A DNA stretch of 64,000 bases from Squalus acanthias (taxonomy: Eukaryota). The stretch is from contig CM059431.1 of NCBI GenBank assembly GCA_030390025.1, positions 151,220,001-151,284,000 on the forward strand. The letters run 5' to 3'. Made by a program: the position numbers and the translations under genes. Shown piece after piece: positions 10,281 to 22,770 of the stretch (its first letter is position 1; every line of letters starts with the position of its first letter). Below the pieces are notes generated by a model. The model ran no database searches and had not been told where the DNA came from. It was given only the letters and a program-made list of their open reading frames with translations.

Positions 10281-12153
10281 ATCGATGATATGAAGTAAAG
10301 TTGGGAGCATTTTCCACTATATACAATCCACGAATGCTCACCCAAACTAACTGAGTGGTTGGGAAACACTTTTCAAAGTGATATGTCCAGATAACATTTA
10401 TGTTTTTTTCAAATATTGCCTGATCCGAAACTCCGAAAACTGCAAGTGAGGGGTTGGAAAAAAATAATTTGAGAGCGGAAAGGGAACTTTATAAAACATG
10501 ACAGGAAGCAGTCACAAAGAAGTGTAATTCAGACTTACACTGCCCCATACAGAGAAAAACTTGTTTGAATTCATCAATCGATCTCCAATAGCTGCACTCA
10601 GATTGTAGCCAACAATGGAAGAAATCATTGACATTTCTCCTGAGATGTGATCTGATTTGGCGGCGTATCAGGTAACTGACAATATGTCATCCCGTGTTGA
10701 AAATGATTCATATTTATATTCACATTTATAGCACTAGGAATCCTCCCCGGGGACAGTCCGATTACAAGTGATTTAAATTAATCACCCTCACTCGAGCAAA
10801 CAGATTCAGACAGCATCTGGACTTGTTTTGATATTATTAAAACGTTTAAACACATTATATATGCACTCTCTAAATATAGATAAAGGTGAGACTGAGTACA
10901 GTGAGAGATACACAGAGAAACCAGCATAGGGAGATAGATAAATGTGTGATTCAGTACAGTGAGTGATGCACAGAGACACCAGCATAGGTACAAAGATAAA
11001 GGTGTGACTGAGTACTTTGATACAGAGAGACACCAGCAGAGGGAGATATTTAAATCTGAGACTGAGTACAGTTTGTGATACAGAGAGACCAGCAGAGGGA
11101 GGTAGATAAAGGTGATACTGAATACAGTTTTCTGTTTGTAAAGTCCAGTTGAGGCCAAATCAGTGTTTTATAAAAGTTTAGCATAACATCCTGGCTTTGT
11201 AATCTATTCAACTATTAATGAAGCTAAGGATGCCACATGCTTTTTTAACAGTCTTCGAAGCTTGTCCTGCCACCGGCAAAGAATTGTGTACATAAACTCC
11301 ATGTCGGCCTTTATCTGAAGGGGGCTGAAATATAAAGGGGTGGATGTTATGTTACCGTATTACAAAGATCTGTTTAGACCCCTTTTAGATTACTGGATTG
11401 AGTGCTGGGTAACGCACATCACGAAGCACAAACAGGTTGCAGCGCACAGGTTCCAGAATTATACGGGTGCTAAAAGGGTTACATTATGAAGACAGGCTGT
11501 ATAAACTATGCTGGTATTCATTTGAGTATATAAAATGCAGGCGTGATCTAATTAACCTACTTAAGATAATGATATGAGTTGATATTATAGATAGAGAGAA
11601 ACGATTTGCTCCGGTGGAGGAATGCAGAACGAGCGTCTTCACGTTGAAATCAGAGCTAAGCCGTTCAGGGCTGATATCAATAACCACTACTTCATAGACT
11701 GGGAAGCGGAAATCTGGAACACTCTGCCACAAAAACCTAATGAGGCTGGGGCTCAATTGAACACTCCAAACTGAAATTGGCAGATTTTTCTCAGGTAAGG
11801 GTACTAAGGGTTAGGAAACATAGGCGGATACATGGAGGTAAGAAGCAGATCATTGATGATATGACTGAATGGTGGAACAGGCTTGAGGGCCTGACTGGTT
11901 TACTCCTGTTCCTATAATACGAAAAAAAGATTAGGTGCTGAGATTAAGGAGCAGGGAATCATATTTTGGAGAAGGGCTGAGATTGAGGAGCAGGGATCAG
12001 ATTGAAGAGGAGAGATCAGGTTCAGGGGAAAGGGTCATTTCAGTTCGGAGGAGACACAGTGCTGTTAGTGTGTTTGAGATAGAATGTGCTGAGAATAGGT
12101 GTCGAGCTGAAGCAATGGGGTGACGGTGCGTGTGTTCAGACGGTGGCTGTGGG

Positions 12154-12195
12154 CAGGAAGTGAAGGAAATGTAATTCTCTGACACATCCAATCAG
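12154..12195 (+). promoter_or_regulatory. Putative upstream motif cassette (ETS-like CAGGAAGTG, ZNF143/Staf-like AGGAAATGTAATTC, CCAAT box); recurs before each tRNA-like copy
   Basis: Motif resemblance by eye only; no functional evidence. Confidence 0.3.
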
Positions 12196-12220
12196 TGGCG
12201 CTGTTTCGGTAATGTTTAGC

Positions 12221-12293
12221 GCGCTGATTGGTCAGACAGTAGAGCATCATACTTTTAATCTGAGGGTCCAGGGTTCAAGTCCCTTTTCGGGCG
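12221..12293 (+). pseudogene. TRK-TTT: tRNA-Lys(TTT) pseudogene
   Basis: 3' half nearly canonical (B box GGTTCAAGTCC); derived 5' half with G11:G24 and T5:C68 mismatches. Confidence 0.9.
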
Positions 12294-12796
12294 CTTCTTT
12301 ATTCAATGGAAGCAGCAATTGAAAGCACCGACGTTCGATTATAACTTATCACAATCATCGTTTTAAATTGAAAAAAATATTTTTTGAGACAGCAGGAAAG
12401 ATCAGCGTCAATTGCTCGTGTTTTATGGTTCTCTAGGAAAGTAAGCTTTGAAAGATTGAAAGATAAGAACACGGCTGGTCTGTATCAGATCTGTATCCGA
12501 ACTCTATCCCCCGCCTTGGCTCCATATCCTTTTGTACCCTTGTCCAGCAAAACTCAATCGATCTTAGGTTTAAAATGTTTAATTGAACTGTTTTCCGTGG
12601 GAGAGAACTCCACACTTGCACTACACTTTGCATGAAGAACTTTGTCCTAACTTCTCTCCTGAATGGTCTGGCTTTGTCTACCTCGTGCCGAAACTGTTCT
12701 GGGAATGGAAAATTAACAAACTTCCCTTACTCCGATTTGCAGCAGTCCTCAGACAGAGAGAGACAATGGAAATGTGAGAATAATTTAAACGTGTAA

Positions 12797-13558
12797 GAAG
12801 TAGTTGCATTTATACTGCGGCTATGACGCACAAAGGACGTCCCAAAGCGCTTTACAGACAATTAAATACTTTCTCAAGTGTATACATTTTTGTAATGTAG
12901 GAAAAGTGGTCGTCAATTTGCACACAGCAAGATCCCACAAATACCAATGAGAAAATGACCAGATCATCTGTCCGGCTTTATGATGTTTGTTAAAGGCGTA
13001 AATATTGGCCCAGGACACCGGGGAGAACTCCCCTGATCTTCTCTAAAGATGAGCACTTTACAGCACCTGCCTAGGCTCAGTTGGTAGCACACTCACTTCT
13101 GAATTCGGGAAATAGTACTGGGTCCAAGTATCACTTCATGGAAAGTAAGCACCTAATCTAGGCTGACAATCCAGTGCAGTACAAAGAGAGCGCTGCACTG
13201 TCCATAATTCCGTCTTCTGGATGAAATGTTAAACCGAGGCCCCGTCCGCCCTCTCAGGTGGAGATAAACGATCTCACGGTCCCTCTTGCAAGATGAGCAG
13301 AGGTATTGTCCCGTTAGTCCTGGCTCAATATTTACACCAGTAAAGAGATTGTCTGATCTTTATCGCATTGTTGTTTGTGGGATCTTGCTGTTCGAACATT
13401 GGTTGCTGCGTTTCCTATATTACAACAGTTCAAAAATGCTTACTGGTTTCTAAGGCGCCTTGGGATATACCGAGGTTGTAAAAGGCGCTATATAAATGCA
13501 AATTATTTCTTTCTCCGAATAGTGCCAGGGATCTTCCACATCCACCTGAGATGCCAGG
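12797..13558. mobile_element. Nested antiparallel DeuSINE pair
   Basis: Homologous to 770-1528; + copy ~13063-13512. Confidence 0.85.
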
Positions 13559-13996
13559 CTTTAATGGAAGTAAAAATCGGCAGGGATGAGTAAAGGGGCA
13601 GCCGTTTCGCTATCGCCCGTTTCACAGTCGCGCACGAAGTCATTATTACCGCATTATCACTGAATTTCGTCTGGAACCAGTCCCCAGGCTGGGAAATACA
13701 CCGGTTTCAATGCTGGGCTCACTGAATAGACTCGCACGGCACTAGAGTCTTGGTGACACGCTGGAGAGTTCCTGGCTCCCGCGCTCTGTTAACTAAGTTA
13801 ACACACAGTGAGGGGGAAAGAGAGAACAAAACAGGCCTTTCTCAATATATTCGCAGAATGCTTCATTTAATTTAATCCAATGTCAATCATCTTACAGTAT
13901 ATCAGGACACAGAACGTCAGGAGACTATTGGCCAGTTGCCTTTAATCAATATCTACTAAAAGAGTCGCTTCTGATAATATTTTTAAAACTTTACAG

Positions 13997-14492
13997 CATC
14001 AGAAGTTTGCAGATGCTACAAACATTGGCCGTGTGGTTTATAATGAAGAAGAAAGCTGCAGAATGCAGGAAGATATCAATGGACTGGTCAGGTGTGCAGA
14101 ACAGTGGCAAATGGAATTCAGTCTGGAGAAGTGTGAGGTAATTGTATTTGGGAGGGCTAACAAGGCAAGGAAAACCACTATAACTGGTAGGACACTGAGA
14201 AGTGCAGAAGATTAAAGTGAATTTGGAGTGCGTGTCCAAAATTTCCTGAAGTGATATTTGCCTTTATTAGCCGAGTAATAGAATTTTAGGAGGGAGATTA
14301 CGCTTGAACTGTCTAAAACACTAGTTAGGCCACAGCTAGAGTACTGCGTGCAGTTCTGGTCACCACATTACAGGAAGGATGTGATTGCACTAGAGAAGTT
14401 GCAGAGGAGAATTACGAAGATAATGGCTGAGCATAAATACCAGCACAGAGAATTAGGGCCGAATGACCTGGGTCTGTGTTGCAGACTCGCTG
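13997..14492 (+). mobile_element. CR1 RT fragment (unit copy)
   Basis: Homologous to 1965-2460; ORF 14033-14215. Confidence 0.9.
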
Positions 14493-14930
14493 TAACTCAA
14501 TGATATGAATTAAAGTTTGGAGCATTTGCCACAATATACAATCCACGAAGGCTCACCCAAACTAACTGAGTGGTTTATAAAAACTTATCAAAGTGATATG
14601 TTCAGATAACAGGCAGGTTTATTTCAAATATTGCCTGATCCGAAACTCCGAAAGCTGGAAGTGAGGACCGGGAAAAAAACAGTAGAGAGCGGAAAGGGAA
14701 CTTTATAAAACATGACAGGAAGCAGTCACAAGGAAGAGTAATGCAGACTGGCACCGCCCCATACACAGAAAAACGTGTTTGAATCAATCAATCGATCTTC
14801 AATAGCTGCACTCAGATTGTAGCCAACAATGGAAGCAATCATTGACATTTCCCCTGAGATTTGATCTGCTTGGGCGTCGTTTCATATGTCGTCACGTGTT
14901 GAAAATTAGTCATATTTATATTCACATTTA

Positions 14931-16542
14931 TCCTTGCTCCTGTACTCGAATCCTCTCGCTATGAAGGCCAATATACCATATGCCTTCTTACCCGCCTGCT
15001 GCACCTGCATGCTTACCTTCATCCACTGGTGCACAAGGACACCCAGGTCTCGTTGCACTTCCCCTTTTCCCAATCTATTGCCGTTCAGATAATAATCTGT
15101 CTTCCCGTTTTTGCCACCGAAGTGGATAACCTCGTATTTCCAACATTATACTGCATCTGCCATGCATCTGCCCAATTAGCCAAACTGTCCAAATCGTACT
15201 GAAGTTTCTATGCATCCTCCTCACAGCACACACGTCCACTCAGCTTAGTGCCTTCTGCAAACTGGAGATGTTACATGTAGTTCCCTCGTCTGATCATTTA
15301 TATGTATTGTGAATAGCTGGGGTCCTATCACCGATCCCTGCAGTACCCCACTTGTCACTGCCTGCCACTCGGAAAAAGACCCGTTTATTCAAACTCATTG
15401 TTTCCTCTCTGCCAAACAGTTCTCTATCCAAGACAATACATTACACCCAATCCCATGGGCTATAACTTTATACGCTAATCTCTTATGCAGGAACTTATCA
15501 AAAGCCTTCTGCAAGTCTAAATACACCACATCCACTGTTCCCCTCTTATCTATTCTACCAGTTAAATCTTCAAAGAATTCAAGTACATTAGCCAAGCATG
15601 ATTTACCTGTTGTAAATCCATGTTGACTTTGTCCGATCCTGTCACTGTTTTCCAAGTGCTCTGCTATTCCATCTTTTATAATGGACTCTAGCATTTTCCC
15701 CACTACCGATGTCAGGATAACCGGTCTATAATTCCCTGTTTTGTCCCTCCCACATTTTTAAATAGTGGGATTACATTAGCAATCCTCCAATCCATGGGAA
15801 CTATTTCAGAATTCATAGAATTTTGGAAGCTGACCAGCACTGCATCTACTAATTCTCGGGCCACTTCCTTAATTACCCTAGGATGTAGATGATCAAGCCC
15901 TGGGAATTTATCGGCCTTCAATCCCATCAATTTCCCTAACATCATTCCCCTACAAATACTGATTTCATTCAATTCTTCCCTCTCATTAGACCCTATGTTC
16001 CCCTACATCTCTGGGAGGTTATTTGTGTCCTCCTTTGAGAAGACAGAAACAAAGTATGTATTTAATTGGTCTGCCATTTATTTGTCCCCCTTTATAAATT
16101 CCCCTAGTTCTGACTGCAAGGGACCTACGCTTGGCTTCACCAATATTGTTCTGTTCACATAACTATAGAAGCTTTTACAGTCAGTTTTTATGTTCCCTGG
16201 AAGCTTACATTCATAATCTAGTTTCCCCCTTTTACTTAATCCCTTTGTCCTCCTTTGCTGAATCCTAAACTGCTCCCAATCCTCGGGTTTGCTGCCTTTT
16301 TCTGGCCAAATTGTATGTCCTCTCCTTGAATCTTATGCTATCCCTAATTTCCCTTGTTAGCCACGGTTGAGTCACCTTTTTTGTTTTATTTTTATGCCAA
16401 ACAAGGTTGAACAATTTCTGTAGTTCATCCATGCGATCTTTAAATGTTTGTCATTGCCTATCCACCGTCAGCCCTTTAACTAACGCTCCCCAACCCATCC
16501 TAGCCAACTCGGGCCTCATACCATCGCAGTTTCCTTTATTTA
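14931..16542 (-). mobile_element. CR1 LINE ORF2 fragment ('CR1-b'), 3' part lost
   Basis: ORFs 15395-15703 and 15712-15972: PGLDHLHPRVIKE, QHGFTTGKSCLANVLEFF, VYLDLQKAFDK. Confidence 0.93.
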
Positions 16543-16975
16543 AAAAATGTTTCCACATGTCACCTCTGATTTATTTGCAAATCACCATCAATCTGGATCC
16601 TTTGGGTACCGACCCTCTGCCACTGGAAACCGTCACACTTTGTTTACTCTATCAAAACCATTGTTAATTTTGAACACCTCTAGCGATTCTCCTCTTGACC
16701 TTTTCTGCTCTAAGGAGACCAAACACAGCTTGTCCAGTCCTGTCGCATAAGTGAACACCCTCATCCAGGGTAGCATTCCAGTATATCTCTTCTGCTCCCT
16801 CTCCATAAACTTGATATCCTTCCTAAAGTGTGATGCCCAGAACAGTAATTCAGCTGAGTCCTATCCAATGAATTATAAAGATTAAGCCTACCTTCCTTGC
16901 TATGTACTTTATTCCTCTGTTAATAAAACCAAGGATCCCATAAGATTTTAACTACTTTCTCAACTTGTCCTGCAA
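16543..16975 (-). mobile_element. CR1 fragment ('CR1-a'); uninterrupted 3' version at 30922-31579, other pieces at 45936-46163, 54320-54753 (+) and 60462-60570
   Basis: ORF2 C-terminal motifs on - (e.g. ORF 31236-31448 FWASHFRK..LQRVQNRFTRM, ORF 30877-31161 FTQRVIVIWNPLP). Confidence 0.88.
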
Positions 16976-18544
16976 TAGTGTCAGAGAGCCAGCGATTCAT
17001 AACGGCACAGAACGAAGCCATTCGGTCCATCGAGTCCGTGCCGGCTCTCTGCAGAGCAATCCAGTCGGACCCATTCCCCCGCTCTATCTCCGTAGCCCTG
17101 CAAGTTTATTTCCCTCAAGTGCCTATCCAGTCTCCCCTTGAAAACATTGAGTGTGTCCGCTTCCACCACTTCTATCGGCCGCGAATTCCAGGTCATCACC
17201 ACTCGCTGCTTAAAAAAAATTTGCTCACATCCCCCCTATACCTCTTGACCAAAATCGTAAATCTCTGTCCCCCCGTCTTTGTACCATCAACCACTTGGAT
17301 TAACTATTCCTCGTCTAGCCTATCCAAACCCGTCATAATCCTGTACACCTCAATCAAATCACTCCTCAACCTCCTTTGCTGTAATGAAAACAAATCCAGC
17401 TTCTCAACCTGTCCTTGTAGCTAAGATCCCCATTCCCAGAACCATTCTGGTAAATCTTCTCGGCACCCTCTCAAGGGCCTCCACATCCATCCTTAAGTTT
17501 GGTGACCAGAACTGGACGTAATACTCAAGTTGAGGGCTAATCGGCGCTTTATAATGGTTCAGCATATTTACTTTACATTTGTACTCAATACCTCTACTAA
17601 TGAAACCTAGTATTCCATATGCATTGCAAACCACTCTCTCAATATGTCCTGCCACCTTCAGGGACCTATGCACATTAACTCCCAGGTCCCGCTGTCCCTG
17701 CACACTCTGTAAAACTGTGCCATTAAGTGTATATTGCCTGACGCTGTTCCTTCTGCCGAAATGCATCACTTCACAATTCTCTGTATTAAATTCCATCTGC
17801 CACTTGTCTGCCTATTCTGCTACACGTTCTATGTCCTGTTGCAGTCGATTGTTATCATCCTCATTGTTTGCAACACACCCAAGTTTGATGTCATCGGTAA
17901 ATTTAGAAATTCTACTTTGATTTCCAATATCCAGGTCACTTATATTTTTCAAAAAAGTCAGTGTGACAAGCACTGATCCTCGGAGAACACCATTGTCTAC
18001 CATCCTCCAGTCTGAAAAGCAGCCATTTACCACAACTCGCTGTTTTCTGTCCTTAAGCCAGTTCCTCATCCAAGCTACCAATGACCCACCTATTCCATTA
18101 GCCTCAATTTTGTTAACCAGCTATCTATGATATACTTTGTCAAACGCCTTCCGAAAATCCATGCGGATAACATAAATTGCATTCCCTTCATCAATCCTCT
18201 CTGTTACTTCATCAATAAATTCAATTTGATTAGTCAAACATAATCTGCCTTTTTCAAATGAGTGTTGGCTCTCCTTAATTCGGTTAAACCTTTCCAAGTG
18301 CCCGTTAATGTTTTCCTGGATTATTGTTTTTAAAACTTTACCCACCACTGATGTTAAACTGACCCTGGATCCTTTCGTGAACAGTTTTGTCGCATTTGCC
18401 ATGGTCCAAACATCAGGCACACCCCACGCCACCCCGCATCTAGGGTAGATTGAAAAATGGCCATTCCCTTAGCAATCTGGAATGCAAGCCATCTGGACCA
18501 GGCGACTAAGCCACTCTAAGCACACCCAGCATTTCTATTAATGC
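16976..18544 (-). mobile_element. 5'-truncated CR1 ('CR1-c') with 3' tail at left
   Basis: ORFs 18121-18432, 17812-18081, 17404-17796: DFRKAFDKV, KFTDDIKL, LEYYVQFWSP. Confidence 0.93.
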
Positions 18545-20162
18545 AAACATCTTCAGCAGAAGTGCCGACTGGATGATCCTTATCGGCTTACTCCTGAGAT
18601 CCCCGCAATCACAGAAGCCAGTCTTCAGCCAATCCGAATCACTCCACGTGATATCAAGAAACTGCTCAGCGCACTGGATACAGCAAAGTGTATGGGTCCC
18701 GACAACATCCCAGCTATCGTGCTGAAGACTTGTCCTCCAGAACTAGCCGCGCCTCTAGCCATGCTGTTCCAGTGCAGCTACAACACTGGCATCTATCCAA
18801 CAACGGTGAAAACTGCCGAGGTATGTCCTGCCCACAAAAAGCACGACAAATCCAATCCAGGCAATAAGCGCCCCATCAGTCTACTCTCAATTATCATCAA
18901 AGTGAAGAACGGTGTAATCGACAGTGCTATAAAGCGGCACTTACTTAACAATAACATGCTCACTGATGCCCAGTTTGGGTTCCGCCAAGACCACTCGGCT
19001 CCTGATCTCATTGTAGCCTTTGTCCAAATATGGACAAAGTAGCTGAATTCCAGTGTTGACTTCAAGGCAGCATTTGACCGAGTGAGGCATCAAGGAGCCT
19101 TAGTAAAGTTTAAGTCAATGGGAATCGGGGGCGGTGGGGGGACTTTTCACTCGCTAGAGTCATACCAAGCACAAAGGAAGATTGTTGTGCTGCTTGAAGG
19201 TCAATCATCACAGCCCCAAGAAATCGTTGTAGGAGTTCCTCAGGGCAGTGTCCTAGGCCCAACCATCAATGAAATTCCCTCCAACATAAGGTCAGAAATG
19301 AGGATGTTCGTTGATAGCTGCACAGTGTTCAGCGCCATTCAAAACTCCACAGATAAAAAAGCAGTTCTTGCCCAAATGCAAGAAGAACAGGACAACGTTC
19401 ATGCTTGTGCTGATAAGTGGCAGGTAACATTCGCGCCACAGAAGTGCCAGGCAACGACTATCTTCAACAAACGAGGATCGAACCACGTTCCCTTGACATT
19501 AAACGGCATTACCTTCTCCGAATCCCCCACCATCAACTGCATGGGGGTTTCCATTGCCCAGAGACTTAACTGGACTAGCCACATAAATAATGTGGCAACA
19601 AGAGCATGTCAGGGGCTAGGTATTCTGCGGCGAATGTCTCACCTGCTGACAACCCAAAGCCTTTACACCATCTGCAAGGCAAAAGTGAGGAGTGAGTTGG
19701 AATATTCTTCGCTTGCCTGAATAAGTGCAGCTCCAAGAACACACAAGAAGTAGACACCATCCATGACAAGGCGACCCCCTTGATTGGCACTCCATCCACC
19801 ACCTCAAACATTCACTCCCTCCACCACCCGTGCACTGTGGCTGCAGTGTGTACCATCTACAAGATGCACTGCAGTAACTTCATAGGTTTCTTCGGCAGCA
19901 CCTCCCAAACCCGCGACCTTGTCGACCTAGAAGAACAAGGGCAACAGGCGCAAGGGAGCAACATCACCTCCAAGTTCCGCTCCAAGTCCCACACCATCCT
20001 GAATTAGAAGTTTTATGCAGATTCTTCATCGTTGCTGGTCAAATTCCAAGAACTCCCTCCCTAACAGCACAATGGAAGTACCTTCACCACACGGACTGCA
20101 GCGGTTCAAGAAGGCTGCTCACCTCCAACTTCTTAAGTGTAATTAGGGATGGGCAATAAATG
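18545..20162 (+). mobile_element. 5'-truncated CR1/L2-clade LINE, second family ('LINE-e')
   Basis: GPDNIPAIVLK, RPISLLS, QFGFRQDHSAPD, GVPQGSVLGP motifs; tail GGGATGGGCAATAAATG. Confidence 0.92.
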
Positions 20163-21099
20163 ACTTGGAAGTGAGTGTACAGGTCAAATTTCAAAATTTG
20201 CAGATGAAACAAAACTTGGATGTACAGCGAACAGTGAGGAGGAGAGTGATAGACTTCAGGAAGATATAAACAGGTTGATGAAATGGGTTGACCGCTGGCA
20301 GATGAAATTTAACGGAGAAAAGAGTGAAGTGATGCATTTTGGAATAAAGAAACAGGGGAGGACGTATAAACTAAACGGTCAAATCCTAACTGTGGTGCAC
20401 GAATAGAGAGACCTGGCGTATATGTGTACAAATCGTTGAAGGTGGCAGGGCAGATTGAGAAAGCAGTTAAAAAGACTTACGGGATCCTGGGATTCATAAC
20501 TGCCGGTACAGAGTACAAAAGTGTGGAAAATATGATGAACACTGGTTCGGCCCCAACTGGAGTACTGTGTCCAATTCTGGGCACCACACTTTAGGAAGAA
20601 TGTGACGGCCTTAGAGACGGTGCAGAAAAGATGTGCAAGAATGATTCCAGGAATGTGGGACTTCAGTTAACTTATTGGACTGGAAAAGCTGGGGTTGTTC
20701 TCCTTGGAGCAGAGAAGATTGAGAGGAGATTTGATAGAGATGTTCAAAATCATGAGGGGTCTGGACAGAGTAGATAGAGAGAACCTGTTCCCATTGGCGG
20801 AAGGGTCAAGAACCAGAGTACAACGGTTTAAGGTATTTGGCAAAAGAGCCAAAGGCGACGTAAGATAAATATTTTTTACGCAGCGAGTGATTAAGATCAG
20901 GAATGCACTGCCTGGAAGAGCGGTGGAGGAAGACTCAATCTTATCTTTCAAAACGGTGTAGGATAAGTAACTGAAAAAAAAGGCAGGGCTACGGTCAAAG
21001 GGCAGGGGAGTGTGACTATCTGAGAGTAGACACGGGTTCGACGGGCCGAATGGCCTTCTTCAGTGCTGTAAACATTCTATGATTCAATTCTTTGATTCT
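20160..21099 (+). mobile_element. CR1 3' fragment ('CR1-d') with (TTCTATGA)n-like tail
   Basis: KFADETKL, LEYCVQFWAPH motifs; tail CATTCTATGATTCAATTCTTTGATTCT. Confidence 0.9.
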
Positions 21100-21442
21100 A
21101 ACTTGTCCTGCCACCTTCAAAGATGTGTGTACATAACCGCCCGGCGGTGAGATTAAGGAGAAGGGAATCAGTTTGGGAACAAGGAATGAGATTGAGGAGT
21201 CGGGATCAGATTGAGTTGGGATCAGATTGAAGAGAACAGTTCAGATTAACTTCAGTTCGGAGAAGACTCGCGGCAGGTTGATGGTTGTTAGTGTGTTTGA
21301 GATAGAATGTGAAGAGAAAAAGTGTCGAGCTGAAGCAATGAGGTGACGGAGCATGTGTTCAGAGGGCTGCTGTTATCAGGAAGTGAAGGTATGTAATTCC
21401 TACAGCAGCCACTCAGTGCCGCTGCTTCAGCGGCACTTCAGA

Positions 21443-21515
21443 GCCCGGATAGCTCAGTCGGTGGAGCATCAAACTTCTAATCTGAGCGGGCAGAGTTCAA
21501 GTCCCTGTTCGGGAG
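21443..21515 (+). pseudogene. TRK-TTT: tRNA-Lys-derived copy with canonical 5' half and TCT anticodon; likely pseudogene
   Basis: GCCCGGATAGCTCAGTCGGT is canonical; 8 differences from the canonical vertebrate Lys-TTT sequence, including anticodon TCT (21476-21478) and 1:72, 30:40 and 52:62 mismatches. Confidence 0.9.
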
Positions 21516-22005
21516 CTTTATTAATCAATGGAAACAGCAATTTAAGGCACCGCCGTTAGATTATAACTTATCACAAAAATCATTTTAAATTGAGAAATAT
21601 TTTTTGAGACCGCAGGAATGATCAGCGTAAAATTGCTCTTGTTTTATGGTTCTCTAGGAAAGTAAGATTAGAAAGAATGAAAGATTAGATCACGGCTGAT
21701 CTGCATCCGAACTCCATTTCCCGACTTGGCTCCGTATCCTTTAATAATCTTGTCCAGCACAAGTCAATAGATCTCAGATTTAAAAGATTAATTGAACTGT
21801 TTTCTGTGGCAGAGAATTCCACACTTCTACCACACTTTGCAGGAATAAGTTTCTTCCAACTTCTATCCTGAAAGGCTTGGCTTTATCTACCTCTTGCCGA
21901 CACTGTTCTGGGAATGGAAAATAAACAAACGTCCCTTATCCGTTGTGCAGCAGTCCTCAGACAGAGAGAGACAATGGAAATGTGAGAATAATTTAAAAGT
22001 GTAAG

Positions 22006-22770
22006 AAGGAGTTGCATATATACTGCGCCTATCACGGCCACAGGACGTCACAAAGCGTTTTACAGCCAATTAAATACTTTCTCAAGTATATTCATTGTTG
22101 GAATGTAGGAAAAGCAGCGATCATTTTGCACACAGCAAGGTCCCACAAATACCAATGAGAAAATTACCAGATCATCTGGCCGGCTTTGTGATGTTTTTTA
22201 AGGGCGTAAATATTGACCCAGGACACCGGGGAAAACTCCACAGCTCTTCTCTAAAGATGACTAACTTTACAGTGTCAGCCTTGTCTCAGTTGGTAGTACA
22301 CTCACATTTGAAGTCGCGAACTAGTCCTGGGTCCAAGTCTCACTCAATGGAACGTAAGCACCTAATCTAGGCTGACAATCCAGTGAAGTACCAAGAGAGC
22401 GCTGCACTGTCCACAATTCCGTCTTTCGGATGAGATGTTAAACCGAGGCCCCGTCTGCCCTCTCAGGTGGACATAAACAATCTCACTGTCCAACTTGGAA
22501 GATGAGCAGGGGTGTTCTCCCGTTAGTCCTGGCTCAATATTTACTCCACTAAAGAGATTGTCTGATCTTTATCGAATTATTGTTTGTGGGATCTTGCTGT
22601 TCGAACATTGGCGGTTGCGTTTCCTTCATTACAACAGTTCAAAAGTATTTATTTGGTTCTAAGGCGCTTTGCGATATCCTGAGGTCGTAAAAGGCGATAT
22701 ATATTAATGCAAATTCTATCTTTCTCCGAATAGTGCCATGGGATCTTTCACATCCACCTGAGAGGGCAGT
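22006..22770. mobile_element. Nested antiparallel DeuSINE pair
   Basis: Homologous to 770-1528; + copy ~22272-22723. Confidence 0.85.

Noticed and set aside
10778..11158. Hydrophobic Cys/Leu-rich ORFs (also 28627-28980, 57823-58143)
   Set aside because: Translations of the minisatellite.
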